A stretch of 61,634 bases of DNA, filler included, from Choristocarpus tenellus KU-1152 (Eukaryota; Protista; Phaeophyceae), in the NCBI GenBank assembly GCA_964200185.2. It is 9 parts of 9 records of this genome, joined end to end, with 100 filler letters (N's around TTAATTAATTAA, not from the genome) between each part and the next. Parts side by side here need not be neighbours in the genome. Positions count along the whole stretch, not along the records: positions 11,210 to 18,456 come from CAXNAD020006470.1; positions 18,557 to 22,971 come from CAXNAD020014664.1; positions 23,072 to 28,690 come from CAXNAD020010226.1; 6 more parts are not named here. One strand, 5' to 3'. Positions 13,231 through 25,479 of the stretch are shown piece after piece. The notes under the pieces are model-generated. The model did not search any database. It worked only from the letters and a program-made list of their open reading frames with translations, and had not been told where the DNA came from. The position numbers and the translations under genes were made by a program. The first letter of the stretch is position 1. Each line of letters begins with the position of its first letter.

Positions 13231-14462
13231 AGCATAGAAAATTCCCTTGGAGCAACAGATGCCATAATGTAGGCCATTTCCCCTCCTTTGGGGAGAAGTG
13301 GACAGCAGATTCCCACTACAAATGCAGACCCCCTGTAAGTTAAGTTTCAAAGTCCCAATGAAGGCTACTCCAGTGTGTGGGTATCATATGTCAGACGCAT
13401 CCAAATATCAACATATTGTATACGTTCTCTATCTGAATATTGCTAATTTATTGCCAAGTTTCTGGTTTTGCACTGGAACTATGGCAGCTTGAACCTGCCT
13501 ATTGGATTATCCACACACACACTTGCCCCTGTACTGGATAGAGCGCAGGTAGCGATACATACTCTTATTGGTTGTTACACCCTCAGTGAGATGTTTCTTA
13601 GCAGTCTAGCACTGTTTACCCCTCTTTTCGGACTCAATTTCTCTCAGTACAGTAAGGCCATGGGATATGTAGTCGATTGTCCCGATAAAGACAAATGTTG
13701 CAACGTACTCCGTTCCACTCCAACTGGACAACATGAGGGTGTCGTTCAAGGTCTATATGGGCATATGGGGATGAGGAATTCTCTTTATCATACCTTTCGA
13801 ATTATGGAAAACACAAGCAATAGGGCGACGGGAGGCACAGGATCCGCGATCTAATCAATGCAGCCAGACGGATCGATCTGGACTTGATTTGTGTTGCCGT
13901 GTTTGTGCCTGTTCTTCTGATGAACAAGTACCAAAGATGTTATTTCTATTTTTTCTGGGTGTCCATTGCAACAACATCCACTTGTGTGCTTGGCCGCTGC
14001 ACCTTATGCCACAATAATTTGTTTACGCTTTTGTCAACAGCACTACAACCATATCTATATCTATAGAATAACATGCATGTACTCACTCATTCAAACTAAC
14101 CTGTCGCGACATCCTGTTGAGCAATAATCCTGTCAAGTACTCCTTTGTTTCACTTGCAACAACCATAGTGTGTGTTCTGCCAACATTATATGTCCGAGGT
14201 GTGGGCTATTGCAGGGTACAATGCTGTGCATAGGCAGGGGGGGATTGCGCCTGGGAGTATAGAGGAGGGGAATCTCCACCAGGTAGTAGGCACTACCTGT
14301 ACTCAAGCAGCACTAGGAGCAAAGGATCAGCGGGGGGTGATACCTGGGTAAGCTCGTGGGGGCTTTGCTGAGGGAAAATAAGGACAAGGAGAATATCCGT
14401 CACTGAGGAGTCACAGTACTCAAACCCAAACAGCATGAAGACGAGAGGCAAAGCAGGGGGGT

Positions 14463-14719
14463 GACCCGAAGTATCTTAGAGGGTAGAGTCGCGTCCATTT
14501 GGGGGCCAAAATCCAATGTTCCGAATTTGATCTAGTTTTGGCTATTGTGTTTGTTAGGAAGTGTCAATATCCTTGTTCGGACACAACTTTTCATAACATA
14601 CAGTTTACCTACTCCGAAACAGTTTGGAGTAGGAAAATGTCTTAAAAAAACCCATGGGAAGTCAAGCCCAAAAAGGACAAACAGGGCAAAACTCGTACCC
14701 CTCTAAGATACTTTCACTC
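14463..14719 (-). mobile_element. MITE family A
   Basis: Reverse-orientation copy with TIRs and a perfect 4-bp TSD GGGT. Confidence 0.92.
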
Positions 14720-14782
14720 GGGTGTGGGATCTGTATCTCTGGGGGAAAGGACAAGAAGTTTCCGCACTTAGCAGCCACAGTG

Positions 14783-14816
14783 TTAGGGTTAGGGTTAGGG
14801 TTAGGGTTAGGGTTAG
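14783..14816 (+). repeat. Interstitial telomere-like (TTAGGG)5TTAG tract
   Basis: Read directly. It is followed ~100 bp later by an imperfect (GCCT)n microsatellite at ~14920-14972. Confidence 0.9.
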
Positions 14817-15555
14817 CCTTTTTGAGATGAGATGGAGCGCCATTTTTGTCTTTTACGCGCCCTGTATATTCGTATAATCACGGAGACCCCTAACAACCGA
14901 AATCGCTGCATTGCCTTGACTGCCTACCTGCTTGCCTGCCTGCCTACTTTCTTGCCTGCCTGCCTGCCTGCCTTGGTAGCTCGTTGTTGTGCACCCTACT
15001 ACATTGCGCAATCTTTTCAAAATCTACAGTTAGAATCACCTGGCGAAAATACAAAACGATTCATTTTTTTCCTATCTCTTGAGTAGCTGTATAAGAGACT
15101 AGAAGGAAAGAAGGACAGTACAACAGTCCTGTAGAAAGGAATAGGGGCGTGGTATGTCAATGGATACAAAATATCAGCCATTTTGTTCGTAGCAATAGCT
15201 CGATACCATATACTCTCAAGATTGTCTTAGCGGAGCCACGAATAAGTCCACAACCTGGTCTGGTTACAAGTTCTGACAAACCCTGGATCGGCCCTCTTAA
15301 AACATACATATTTCGCCTACATGTTTTGCTCTTCCCTTTTGTATTGCCTTTCTTTACAACAAGCACTTATCTAAGCATATTTTGTACCGCTTCATTCTCT
15401 ATAAAATCGTCTAATTTCCAAGCGTGCGAGCATACTTGCAAAATACAAGAAGTATGCTGTCTCCTGTTGTAAGGAATGAAAAATGTGAACTTCGTTCCAA
15501 AAAAGCTCAAGTATTGTTTGAAATTTACAACCTGTACCCAACCTTGTATCAGAGT

Positions 15556-15635
15556 GATCGTGTGCCCGAGTGGTCTAAGGGGTTGTGTTTAGGCCGCAAT
15601 GTGAAAACGCGTGGGTTCGAACCCCACCGCGATCA
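15556..15635 (+). tRNA. tRNA-Leu, anticodon TAG
   Basis: Acceptor stem GATCGTG/CGCGATC with discriminator A. D arm contains GAGTGGTCTAAGG. Anticodon arm TTGTG-TT TAG GC-CGCAA, long variable arm, T arm GTGGG-TTCGAAC-CCCAC. No intron. Confidence 0.96.
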
Positions 15636-15639
15636 TTAC

Positions 15640-15645
15640 TTTTTT
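15640..15645 (+). terminator. Pol III oligo-T terminator of tRNA-Leu
   Basis: T6 run 5 nt after the discriminator base. Confidence 0.7.
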
Positions 15646-15978
15646 GGCCCATATTTTTAATTTCAATCAACGTTGACTACCATTATTATACTACTCTATG
15701 TCCTCCCTAACAAATTTACTTCCTCCATTCGAAATCAAATGCAATATAAATTTTACAGCCCCGAGGAAGAAAGTTTTTTTTCAAATGTTCATATTCTATG
15801 GGTGATTGTGCAGACACTAACAGGTTGCCCACCAAAATCTTAAGCAAAATGGAGCACCTATCTATGATTCCACCCCCAAAGCCCTCCAAAACTCCATTCC
15901 AACATCCTATTTCGCCGCATCCACCGGAGTACTCGAGGGGACCTTGCCCACCTTCTCGGCCTTTTCTTTGCTAAGATG

Positions 15979-16237
15979 GAGTCAAGGTAAGCGAGAGGTA
16001 CCCAGAGTTACATTATAAGGATGCTGGTAAATATGTGTAAGATTTTCGGGGTTTTTTTCAATATGTGTAGGATATTTTCTGAATTCTGTCGAAAGTATCA
16101 AACAGTAGATAAATATATGCTTTTAAGTCAAACTTAGCACTTCATCCATAAAAATATGGTTGAATCGCATAAGATTGAAAAACTGGCTTAAAATGCAAAA
16201 CAACCAAAACCTGGGTATCTCTCGCTTGCTTTGACTC
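15979..16237 (+). mobile_element. MITE family D (~260 bp, GAG...CTC termini)
   Basis: TIRs GAGTCAAGGTAAGCGAGAGGTACCCAG / CTGGGTATCTCTCGCTTGCTTTGACTC. It splits the transposase at KIPH|L with a duplicated (c)cat. Confidence 0.88.
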
Positions 16238-16589
16238 ATGGGGAATTTTGACGATGTTGTCACCCTTGGACACCAGCACTTCACCGTAGATTGCAAAGAG
16301 GCTCTGCCAGATGTGCTCTAGTGTTTCCTGGGAGTACACATGGAATGCCTCCATCGTGGCCTCCACCGGTTCTTCTGTGTTGGTCACCCCCACGTCTTCC
16401 TCCAGTCGCTGGATGGACTGAAAAATCCCAGGTCATTGACGTCAAGGTCAGGTGAGTTGGCTGGCTGGGTCTCTATGACAATGTCGTTCCTTGCTACCTC
16501 CTCGATTGCCTCCATTATACCCCCCTTGGTGTGTGGCTTTGCGTGTCCTGCTGCACAAAGATGGTGTGTCCTTCCGGCCTAGGCATGAG

Positions 16590-17395
16590 TGTTACAGCAT
16601 GCCCCCGAACTCACCTTCACAGACAGGATGTGTAACTCAAATCCAACGACCTTAAAACGACGCTATGGGGAAGTTACCCTTGGTAACAGTTTGTAGGGTG
16701 TCAGATAGCCTTCTCTCTTCATATTCCACTCAGTGCTTAGCTCAAAGCTTGACTCAAAATTTCGTTCAAGATAAAAAGACTGGTAAGAGAGGTAAAGGTA
16801 TTTTCATTAAAAGCCCTCTTATTATTTCCATCACCCACCCAATTTCTTTGGTCTTCTGAGTGAAAGTATCTTAGAGGGTACGAGTTTTGCCCTGTTTGTC
16901 CATTTGGGACTTGGCTTTCCATGTTTTTTTTATGACATTTTCCTACTACAAAATGTTTCAGAGTAAGCAAAATGTAAAAATTATTCAAAGGTGTGTCCGG
17001 AACAAGGATATTGACACTTCCTAACAAACACGATTGCCAAAATTACATCAAAATCGCAACATTGGATGTTGGCCCCCAAATGGACGCGAATCTACCCTCT
17101 AAGATACTCTGCCTCTTCTATGCAACTGCTCTATATGTACTCCAATCATACACCTTTATTCAGCCAACTTCTTAGGAACATTTTCTTCTGTAATGTTACG
17201 TATGCATTACGAATCTTACTCTGTATCATCTACGAAATCATCATTTATTCTGTAAGGCTACCTATGTGTTACTAATCTCGTATATTGTTCGCACTTGTTA
17301 GAACGCGAGAAACAATGCTCGCATTATTCGCCTGTCACAAATGTTCATGTTTGCTAACACATGAGAAGAAATGCTCGTGCCATTCGCCTGTAACA
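16590..17395. mobile_element. Solo LTR-like element (TGTTACAG...CTGTAACA)
   Basis: 8-bp terminal inverted repeats with TG...CA ends. Flanks tgag/taag (4-bp TSD, 1 mismatch). Excision restores the transposase frame VLM-PR. A second copy starts at 47611. Confidence 0.75.
16858..17115 (+). mobile_element. MITE family A nested in the solo LTR
   Basis: TIRs present and a perfect TSD TTCT. Confidence 0.92.
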
Positions 17396-17607
17396 TAAGG
17401 ACCTTGATTGCTGGGATGACGTCCTTGATCATGAGCTTCTTGTACCTCTAACCTGTCCACTGTAGTTGGTACAAGCACCTTGGTGCCCTTAGGGCGATAT
17501 TTGCTGGAGCGCTGAGCGACCTTCACATCCACTATTTGCCAGATGCTGATCTTCTTTGAACCACACCTGGTTGGAGAGGTTCCTAGCGTGGACCACAACT
17601 GCAAGGA

Positions 17608-17789
17608 GGCTCAAGTATCTGGGGGAGGGGGGGTGGCGGCTGTCCATTTTGGGTCCATTTATCCATGTCGCAATTTTGGGTGATCTGGTTGCATGCGTCG
17701 GATGGATGATTTAAGTGCTCTTTTCCTGGTCAGGGCCCGAATGGACACCCTGGTATTGAGCCCCCCCCCCTTCCAAGATACTTTGACCC
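17608..17789 (-). mobile_element. MITE family B (~175 bp, poly-G/poly-C subterminal)
   Basis: GGCTCAAGTATCTGGGG...CCAAGATACTTTGACCC. Internal sequence matches the other B copies. Confidence 0.85.
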
Positions 17790-19910
17790 ACTATCAATTG
17801 AGGAAAGGGAATGTCATTAAACTAACTGCTACACACTTATCTCCGATGCTAAGGCCCAACACCATTAGTCAGAGAATCAAAGCCAGGATTTTTCCCAATC
17901 CGGCAGAGTGTTACCCCCTTCATAATCTCCTCTCTGTCCTCCCCGAACACTTCTCCGCCCCTTCTTGTTCTTATTTTCAAATGCTAGTCGCTCTAGTCAT
18001 AGGATTCATCTCTTGCCACGCGTTCCATCCTTCAACAAACTTTCTATCGTCCGAGGATTCATTTGGATTACATGGCAGTACTAACCCAGAGGCTCTCATT
18101 TCTATCACTGCAGCTGGCTTCCCTTGCTCAGTTTCAAACTAACATTATTGTAACAATACATGAGTCAGGCTCATTTTCTGCCTCAGACGAGAGTGATCTC
18201 AGGACCCATACCATTTACCAAGCCCTCCTCCCCCAATACCTCAACAGAGTCACTGATCCATACTGTTCGGACATGGATATTGACAAGCAAATGGTTGGAC
18301 TTACAACTCACAACGCTCAATATTTAACAGTCAGGTAGCCCTCAAATCGTCACTTCACACACCTTATTGTTACCATTATTATTATTATTATTATGCCCTC
18401 TGACATTTTGCAGATAGATGTGTCAGGGGGAAACCAATGAAAACTATATACATATGNNNNNNNNNNNNNNNNNNNNNNNNNNNNNNNNNNNNNNNNNNNN
18501 TTAATTAATTAANNNNNNNNNNNNNNNNNNNNNNNNNNNNNNNNNNNNNNNNNNNNTACATCAAGCTGTTCTTTGTCCTTCATTAAAGCACCATAAAAGC
18601 CGCGGGTCCAGTGTGGGATAATTCAACAAGACCCTGTGCAATTAACCTTGGAAGCTATTGCTAAATGATCAGTAGTGAAGACAAGAAGGTGTGAAGCATT
18701 AAATGATTCCCCATTGCTAAATGTGTTTACATGGTTGAAGATAAGATTGGCTTTTGTGGGGTGTCTTCTTATTGCTTGTTTGTTTATTATTGTCTGTCTT
18801 ATATGTAAGTCGACGGCTATGTAAGAGTAGTTAAACTCAATCTAATGTCATAATCTCCCATACGCAAAATAGGGTACACCTTACTATTGTCCTATTTTTC
18901 CACAGACCCCAGCATTGGGCGCCCATTTCCCGAAGGATGTACGTCGCACCAATGGGACATCCCAAATATCGAGGATAATTGTACAGCGCCCACATCACCC
19001 CTCTTAACAACATACAAGGTCCACACATTCGCCCCGTGCGATCTGGTTGTCATACTCCTTCAGATGACGGAATGCTATGATTCGGGAGATTCCGAAGTCC
19101 TCTGCGATGGCCGCTGCCGTCCCCTGAGCCACCTGAGTCTCGCACCACCATGCTGTTATTCGTTGGGTTATCTGAGTCCTACCCTAAGACAAACATCTGG
19201 GGCGAAGAATTGTGACTGACGGGCGAAGACGGGATGAGCAAGTCACTCGAATGACGTGGGGCCTGTATCCTAGGCATCCTAGTAGACACCCACTTTGAAA
19301 GTTTCACTATGTTTTTGAACCATCAATGTGACTTGGTCAACTTTGCACTGATTGGTGATCCTCATTGTCACGACAGTCCACCATCTCACAATTTGCATGC
19401 TTCCCAACCTATATGAGAACTAAGTCTCGTGAGAACTAAGCCTCGTCTAGAGGATTTATCACGTCGGTCGTTCCTACGCAAGAGTGGATCTTGCATAAGT
19501 TACGTTACATTTCATTTCGTACAGAGGAAGTAGTATTTCAAACGAATGTAAAATACGAGGAAGCATGCATGCACGGATTTTTTTTTAACATATACATACA
19601 CATACTATTTACGTACTTGGCCCTTGACGAATGGGCGTGAAAATACATCTCTGAAGTCAAAAATCACCTCAAACCACCCAAACAAGGATGTATTCGTATC
19701 AAATTTCAAACTCTGACAGGAGGATACGATAGGAAAGAGGCTGTCAAGTCCCATTCGAGACGAATGAATAGTCTAAAAAAAAACAAAACGTGGAAATTCA
19801 ATATACATGGTATCTTAGTACTTCCAGTGTAGGAGTATTGTAGTAGTATCGTTAGTATTCAAGTAGTCAAAAGTATTTGGTATCTTTTACGTCTAATACA
19901 AGATACGAGT

Positions 19911-20190
19911 AGAGTGAATGGTAAATAGGGAAACATTTTATAGTTGACGAGTCCAAGATTAAAAAAGATATTGCATGGCCAGCAATAGATAAAATGTTCC
20001 AACATGGCCGAGTCCATGGCTGTCACTGCTCAACATGACCAGGGCCCGCACCTGGCCGCGTACAACCAAGTTCGAACAGGACCTAGTCCATGGACATCGA
20101 CTGTTTCAACATGACCAGACTGCCGGCCAGGTCCTGCCCATATGGCCGACAGTGGACATGCCAACCGCCCAGCCTGGTGAGAAGTTCTGG
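19911..20190 (+). repeat. Dispersed repeat family E, uninterrupted copy
   Basis: Colinear with 11769-12310 minus the MITE-A insertion. Confidence 0.7.
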
Positions 20191-20959
20191 GAGATTTTCG
20201 GTTTTCCCCCAAGGACTTAGAAATATATTTATTAATGCCCACTGACATATTGCAGATTGAAGATGCGTGTTGGGAGTAAAAATACCAAAATCGATGGTAC
20301 AGAATATTTTTCATAGAAGAAACACAAAATCTTCTTAGCTGGGAGTGACTCATTGAATCCAGACCAAGAGTAATATGTCCTGGAAACTGGGAACTGTTTT
20401 TTTTGGCCATTCAAATCTATCTGTGGGAGTGAACAAAAGGTTAAAACTATCATTTATTGTGTTTTTTTGTCGCTGGAGAGGAACTATTTAAAATGAGGCC
20501 CAATCTGATCCTATGTCTTGGTCGTGCCTACCCTGCAAGTTTTGGCCCATGTAGGGGCTACCATATGCTAGTGCATACCTGTCCCACTCTTTGACGTTGT
20601 TTGAATGCAGATCTGTCGTTTTGTGGTACATACATACATCTTCCTTTCCACCCAAATCAAAACAGGGAAACATATTTCTTTAATTGTCTCATGTGCGACC
20701 GTTTCATATTGTCTTCCTCTCCTTCTGTAATTGTAAAACATACTAGCAGTGTGTCTACGATGACGACAACAAAAACAGCAATAGCAAAATTACAATAATA
20801 ATGACCATCAGGAGAATGAATACATAGAGTTGTGTTGGAGGAATGAAAGGGGAGAAGGCGCCAGGTCCAGGAGGACCATTATGAAAACATCTGATCATCA
20901 ATATTCTATAAACATCATCATTATGCGTCTCATAAGATAAATAAATGAATGCGTACAAT

Positions 20960-21132
20960 GACCCAAAGTATCTGGGGAGGGGGTCTACACCAGGGTGTCC
21001 ATTTTGACCATAAGCAGGAAAAATGCACTTATATTATCTATTCGGTGTATGCAACCAAATCACCCAAAAATCTCGATATGAAAAAACTGTCCCCAAATAG
21101 ACAGCCGCCACCCCCCCCAGATACTTTGAGCC
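20960..21132 (+). mobile_element. MITE family B
   Basis: TIRs GACCCAAAGTATCTGGGG / CCCCAGATACTTTGAGCC, flanks caat/taat. Confidence 0.9.
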
Positions 21133-22303
21133 TAATGGCAGTGTAGTATGTATGTGCAACTGCACAGAACATAATACACACATCACACAATGTAAAAAAT
21201 GTATTTTATACCTCATGCATATTATAATACATGGAACATATGCACACAAAGTACAGCTTACAAACTGTGCATCAATACTTCTTATAACTGATGAACATAG
21301 TAGTGGTAATAGTAGTAGTGCTCCATGTTACACTCAGATATACACATGCATACATTGCAATGAACATTGAGCATCCATGACAAAAATCATTCACCATGCA
21401 ATATCAAAAGTATTGACCTGAGGATATCTTACACGCACGTTTGTGTGCTGTAACCTTGCTGATGGCAGTTGTGGATTCGTAGTCTATTCAAGGCTCTCGA
21501 CAAGGACAAGGTGATACAGAACAAAGCACGCCTCTCTTGCATAGTTTACATTCTGCCGTTCATATTTCTTCAACCCTTGTTTTGAGAACCTTCAAAAGAG
21601 TGTGGGGTCCACAACTGCTGTCTGCAGGAGGCTTGGTGTACATGTTAAACCTATCCAGCAGTTCCCCCGATAGTCCTCTAAACTTGCACTCATATCTTGC
21701 CACTCTGTCCATCTGTCCCTATATTGTGAATGGATGCGTGAACCTCCGCAAATCTTTCTGATTGATATAGAGTTCGGAAACCACCGCTTTACAAAAACCG
21801 CCGGAGGATACGGACAAGGCAGCAATAGCAAGGGCTAGGGTTAGGAGAAAACGAAAATGAATGCGCCTTATAGTTCTTCGAAAACCTGCTGACAGGAGAT
21901 ACGCTGATGTAATGTTGGGCATACTACTAGCACCAGTAATATGGCAGGAACTACTACAAGGACAACAAAACTGTACAAGTGGACAGTACCAGCACTACTG
22001 CTTACTGTTGGAGCTACCACTACTGGCATCACCGGTAGTACTGTCATGATAGTAGTCAGTTGTTGTACAATGATAGTAAGTACTACCACCACTACTCACT
22101 GACAACAAGTGGATGATGAGAAGCACTATTAATTCCAACTCTTATCGGAATCACAAGCATGGTATTTGGACAGGTCGCTGCTGTTGCTTGCCGCTACCTT
22201 TGTGAGAAAAAAAATGCAACTGTGTAAGAAGAAAGAGACGAGTAGTGATATTAAATAAGAAACTGATAAATAATACCGTGTTTTCAAAAACTATATATAT
22301 ATG

Positions 22304-22971
22304 CTACATGTGTGCCATAAGTTTGTGCCGCGAAACATCTTGGCTCGCCGAGCGAGAATGGCGCCGAATCGGACGATAACCCCATAGATGAAACCGGATT
22401 CATAATCTCAGCTTTCAGAAAAGGTGAGGGTCCAGGATCATCAGGTACAAACTCGAGGTGCTTCAAGCCGTCAAGTAGGGGTCTCTGGGGGTGATTTTGA
22501 GGCCAGAACTGGGCACGTTGAGGGTCAGAACGTCTGCATGGCAACCCCACCGTCGACCCCTCCGCGTAGGAAGGGTGTCCAATTGTCCCTGAATACCAGG
22601 GTTGCGCTTGCAGTGCGGCACGCCCTCGCAATGGTCCCTGGTGAGTATAAACTACCAAGACACGTTGGGCCAGCCTTCGCAGCGGAGTTTGGAGTGTCCG
22701 AGCGTTACATGCAAGGGTTCTGGAAGGACGTCGCCGATCAGCTTGCCCGTGGCCACACGCTTGACCTAGAGGTGGCGGCATGTAGTGGGCGACCTTCGGA
22801 GCTCACACCGACCTAGATGGCCGCAGTACATAGTATCAACTCCGATAATCGGCCATCCACAGTGTATCAGGTGACAATGAAGATGGCCGCCAAGGGGATG
22901 AATCATAGCACGAGCACCATAAAAAGGTGGTTCGATGATATGGGGGCCATGCCGAATCGCCGCTGGATCAA
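22304..22971 (+). mobile_element. 5' part of a plant-mariner-like element (transposase N-terminal HTH region), truncated by contig end
   Basis: MATPPSTPP...AFAAEFGVSERYMQGFWK...SGRPSELTP*...STSTIKRWFDDMGA is homologous to the N-terminus at 26998-27450. A degenerate TIR-like sequence CTACATGTGTGCCATAAGTTTG lies at 22304. Confidence 0.75.
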
Positions 22972-23534
22972 NNNNNNNNNNNNNNNNNNNNNNNNNNNNN
23001 NNNNNNNNNNNNNNNTTAATTAATTAANNNNNNNNNNNNNNNNNNNNNNNNNNNNNNNNNNNNNNNNNNNNCAATGTAGGCGGTGGCTTTGCCTGTTTGG
23101 GGGTTAAAAACCGGGGGGGAGGGGGTTTTGGGGGGGGGGGGGAGACTACACAATATGTGCACTATCATGCACCACTTCTGCTCGGTCAGCTTCAAGCATG
23201 TATAAAGTATACGCCCGCCTGTCTCTAGACTAAAAATATGTTACACACGACCTACCAAGTCTTCGTAACAAGTTGAGGATCCACCATACTCTAGCGGCAG
23301 CTCAAGGAATATACACGAGTTTCCATCAACGCGTTTCCACTAAGGATAGAGGATGTTGAACCAACCACGCACATGTACCAATCCACACAAAAAAACAAAA
23401 AAATAGTCCCATTTTCAATCATGAAATACTTCCAGACCCTACCCCAATCCTCTCTGTCTCCCCCTGAACCCTAAGCTCAGTCCCCCCGCCCTTCCATCCC
23501 TGTTGCAAAAGCAACCCCTAAGGACCCTGCCCAC

Positions 23535-24792
23535 CTCCTCTTTCCTTGGTGACAGTGGCAGCAAGGTGACGCCTAGAGATGGATTTGTCCCTGATTCCTG
23601 TTGAAGGGTTTCTACCCACGTAAGTGACTCCAAGAGGAAGAGGTATTGCCCTAGGAGTTCCAGGATAGGAGGAGGGGGTGTGGACGGGAAAGTGCATGTT
23701 TGTATACTACCTATGACTGATAGTTAAATCTATTGTAAATTAGACAAAATCCAGCAAGACTGGGAGAGAGGACGGAGTGCTGGGGGAGGTAACGGTTGAG
23801 ACATGGGTAAGGGCAACAAAATGCCAGTAGGTTGAGCTGATCGACACACATAATCAAAAAAGTCAAGAACAGAGTTGGAGGAGGGAGGAGGGGGGAAAGG
23901 AGGATAGCAAAAAATCATTTGTGTGTGTATCAATTACTACAATTTCTTGTGACTTCAATGAGAGCTCAGAGGTGAACATACTTCTGTGGTTACAGATACG
24001 GAATCGCAAAGTTTCTTCCACGAAAAAATGTATGAATATAGGTACCCCTCTCGAGCTACGACAGTGAGGCCACGAAATACTTCAAGCTGGTTGGGTATTC
24101 GCAGTGATGCATGGGTAGATTTGGAAATGAGAGTGTGCACGTTGGTAGTTGGCATACCAGGAGAAGATAACCTCACAGCACGACGGCCCTAACTAGAAGA
24201 AGGCAACTTACAACCGTGAATGTTCAGGATATAGATGAGCACGCCCCGCCCATATGGCAATAACACGCGACATTTTGGTCTTTTACAAGTTCAGGATAGT
24301 AGGTTACAAGAAGAAAACCTCCTCGACGGAATTTTCACAATTAGGAATTAAAGTCAGCCCAATAAGGTTGACAAGAGAGGAAAGGAAAGACGCTAGATCA
24401 AAGAGGGCGCACAAAATTCGCAGTGTGAATCAAAGAAGGGGCGTGTTTTTGTTTGTTTTAGGAAGACGTCAAAACACAATACCTACAAAAAGAGGACTCT
24501 CCCTTCCTCCCCCAGTCCCAACACTAGTTCAAATACACCCACGATCGGCAGTGATCAAGATGTATTCTTAGCCGTGGCTTAGATCGAAAGTAATGGTCGA
24601 CAGAGAGGAAGCATGTAATCCATCATGGCGACCAATGAAAGTGAAGCACAACATTTCTTCGCTCCTCTTCAAGCCACCCCCTCGCACGAATCCACCTCCG
24701 CGTACCATTTCTCACTTGTACAGGGACGAGTCAGGAAGAAGGTGAAACAGTGCCTCGTCCTTCCCAGAATTAGCGGACGTTGCACTCTCCAT
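23535..24792 (-). CDS. 5' exons (24792-24716, 23650-23535) of an FHA-domain protein of the APLF/PNKP/aprataxin type
   Basis: Phase-2 junction aa|GTgaga ... ctcctAG|g joins MESATSANSGKDEALFHLLPDSSLYK to AIPLPLGVTYVGRNPSTGIRDKSISRRHLAATVTK. This contains the FHA motifs GR, G-I-x-D-K and SRxH. It is absent from the ORF track, and downstream exons were not found. Confidence 0.75.
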
Positions 24793-25479
24793 AGTGCTTA
24801 TCAACCCTGAGTAGGGTCTCGTTCAGGAGTGTTGTAGTCAAGACCAAGAACCCAAAAAGAAAATCGACTCCAACAAAATGCGCGGCAGCCGTATGAAGTT
24901 ACCACTATTACCAAAGGGAAAGGGCAGCCAATCTAACTGATCGGAGGTGGAGCGCCTCAGGGATCCGATCTCCGTCTAGCCGTGTCCCTCTCCATGATAA
25001 AATGATAATTTCAAAAATTGTGATTAGTGTATTGGAGGGGTGGTTGTTATATCGTTCATATCGTTCATATCGTTCATATCGTTAGTATCGTTCAATCATT
25101 TGTTTCAAAAGTATTGGGTGATGAACCAAGAACACAAAGGTACACAACCCACGGAAAGAGAGAGGAAAGCAAGGAAAGTCCCATGATGATGGATCTCCCC
25201 AGAGGAGGCGAGGTCGCTCTTGCTAATGGCTTCGTACATGATGGGCAACCTAGGCTCAGTATCTGAACTGCTGGCTGTAGGATGAAACCCTTGACTAGAC
25301 GAGAACCTCTACGAGAAATGGTGATTTCTGATATCGTGAGGGACTTCTGCAGACCAGGGCTGACACCGATCTAAAGTGGATATCAGATGCTCATCCTCTT
25401 GGATTAGCTACCAGCAAAGGAGATTTGGAGTCTGTTAGAGAGCATCTATGGGGGTTGCTTAGTTGGAATCGGTTAGTGT

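Larger units (their letters stand above)
15900..17607 (-). mobile_element. Fragmented plant-mariner-like transposase pseudogene (D37D spacing), interrupted by nested insertions
   Basis: Removing the inserts gives KISIWQIVDVKVAQRSSKYRPKGT...VIPAIKVL|MPRPEGHTIFVQQD-AKPHT...QPANSPDLDVNDLGFF...TLEHIWQSLFAIYGEVL..KGDN..KIPH|LSKEKAEKVGK. Confidence 0.88.

Noticed and set aside
25049-25097. (ATCGTTCAT)n giving HIVHIVHIV peptide
   Set aside because: Short 9-bp microsatellite with no evidence of function.
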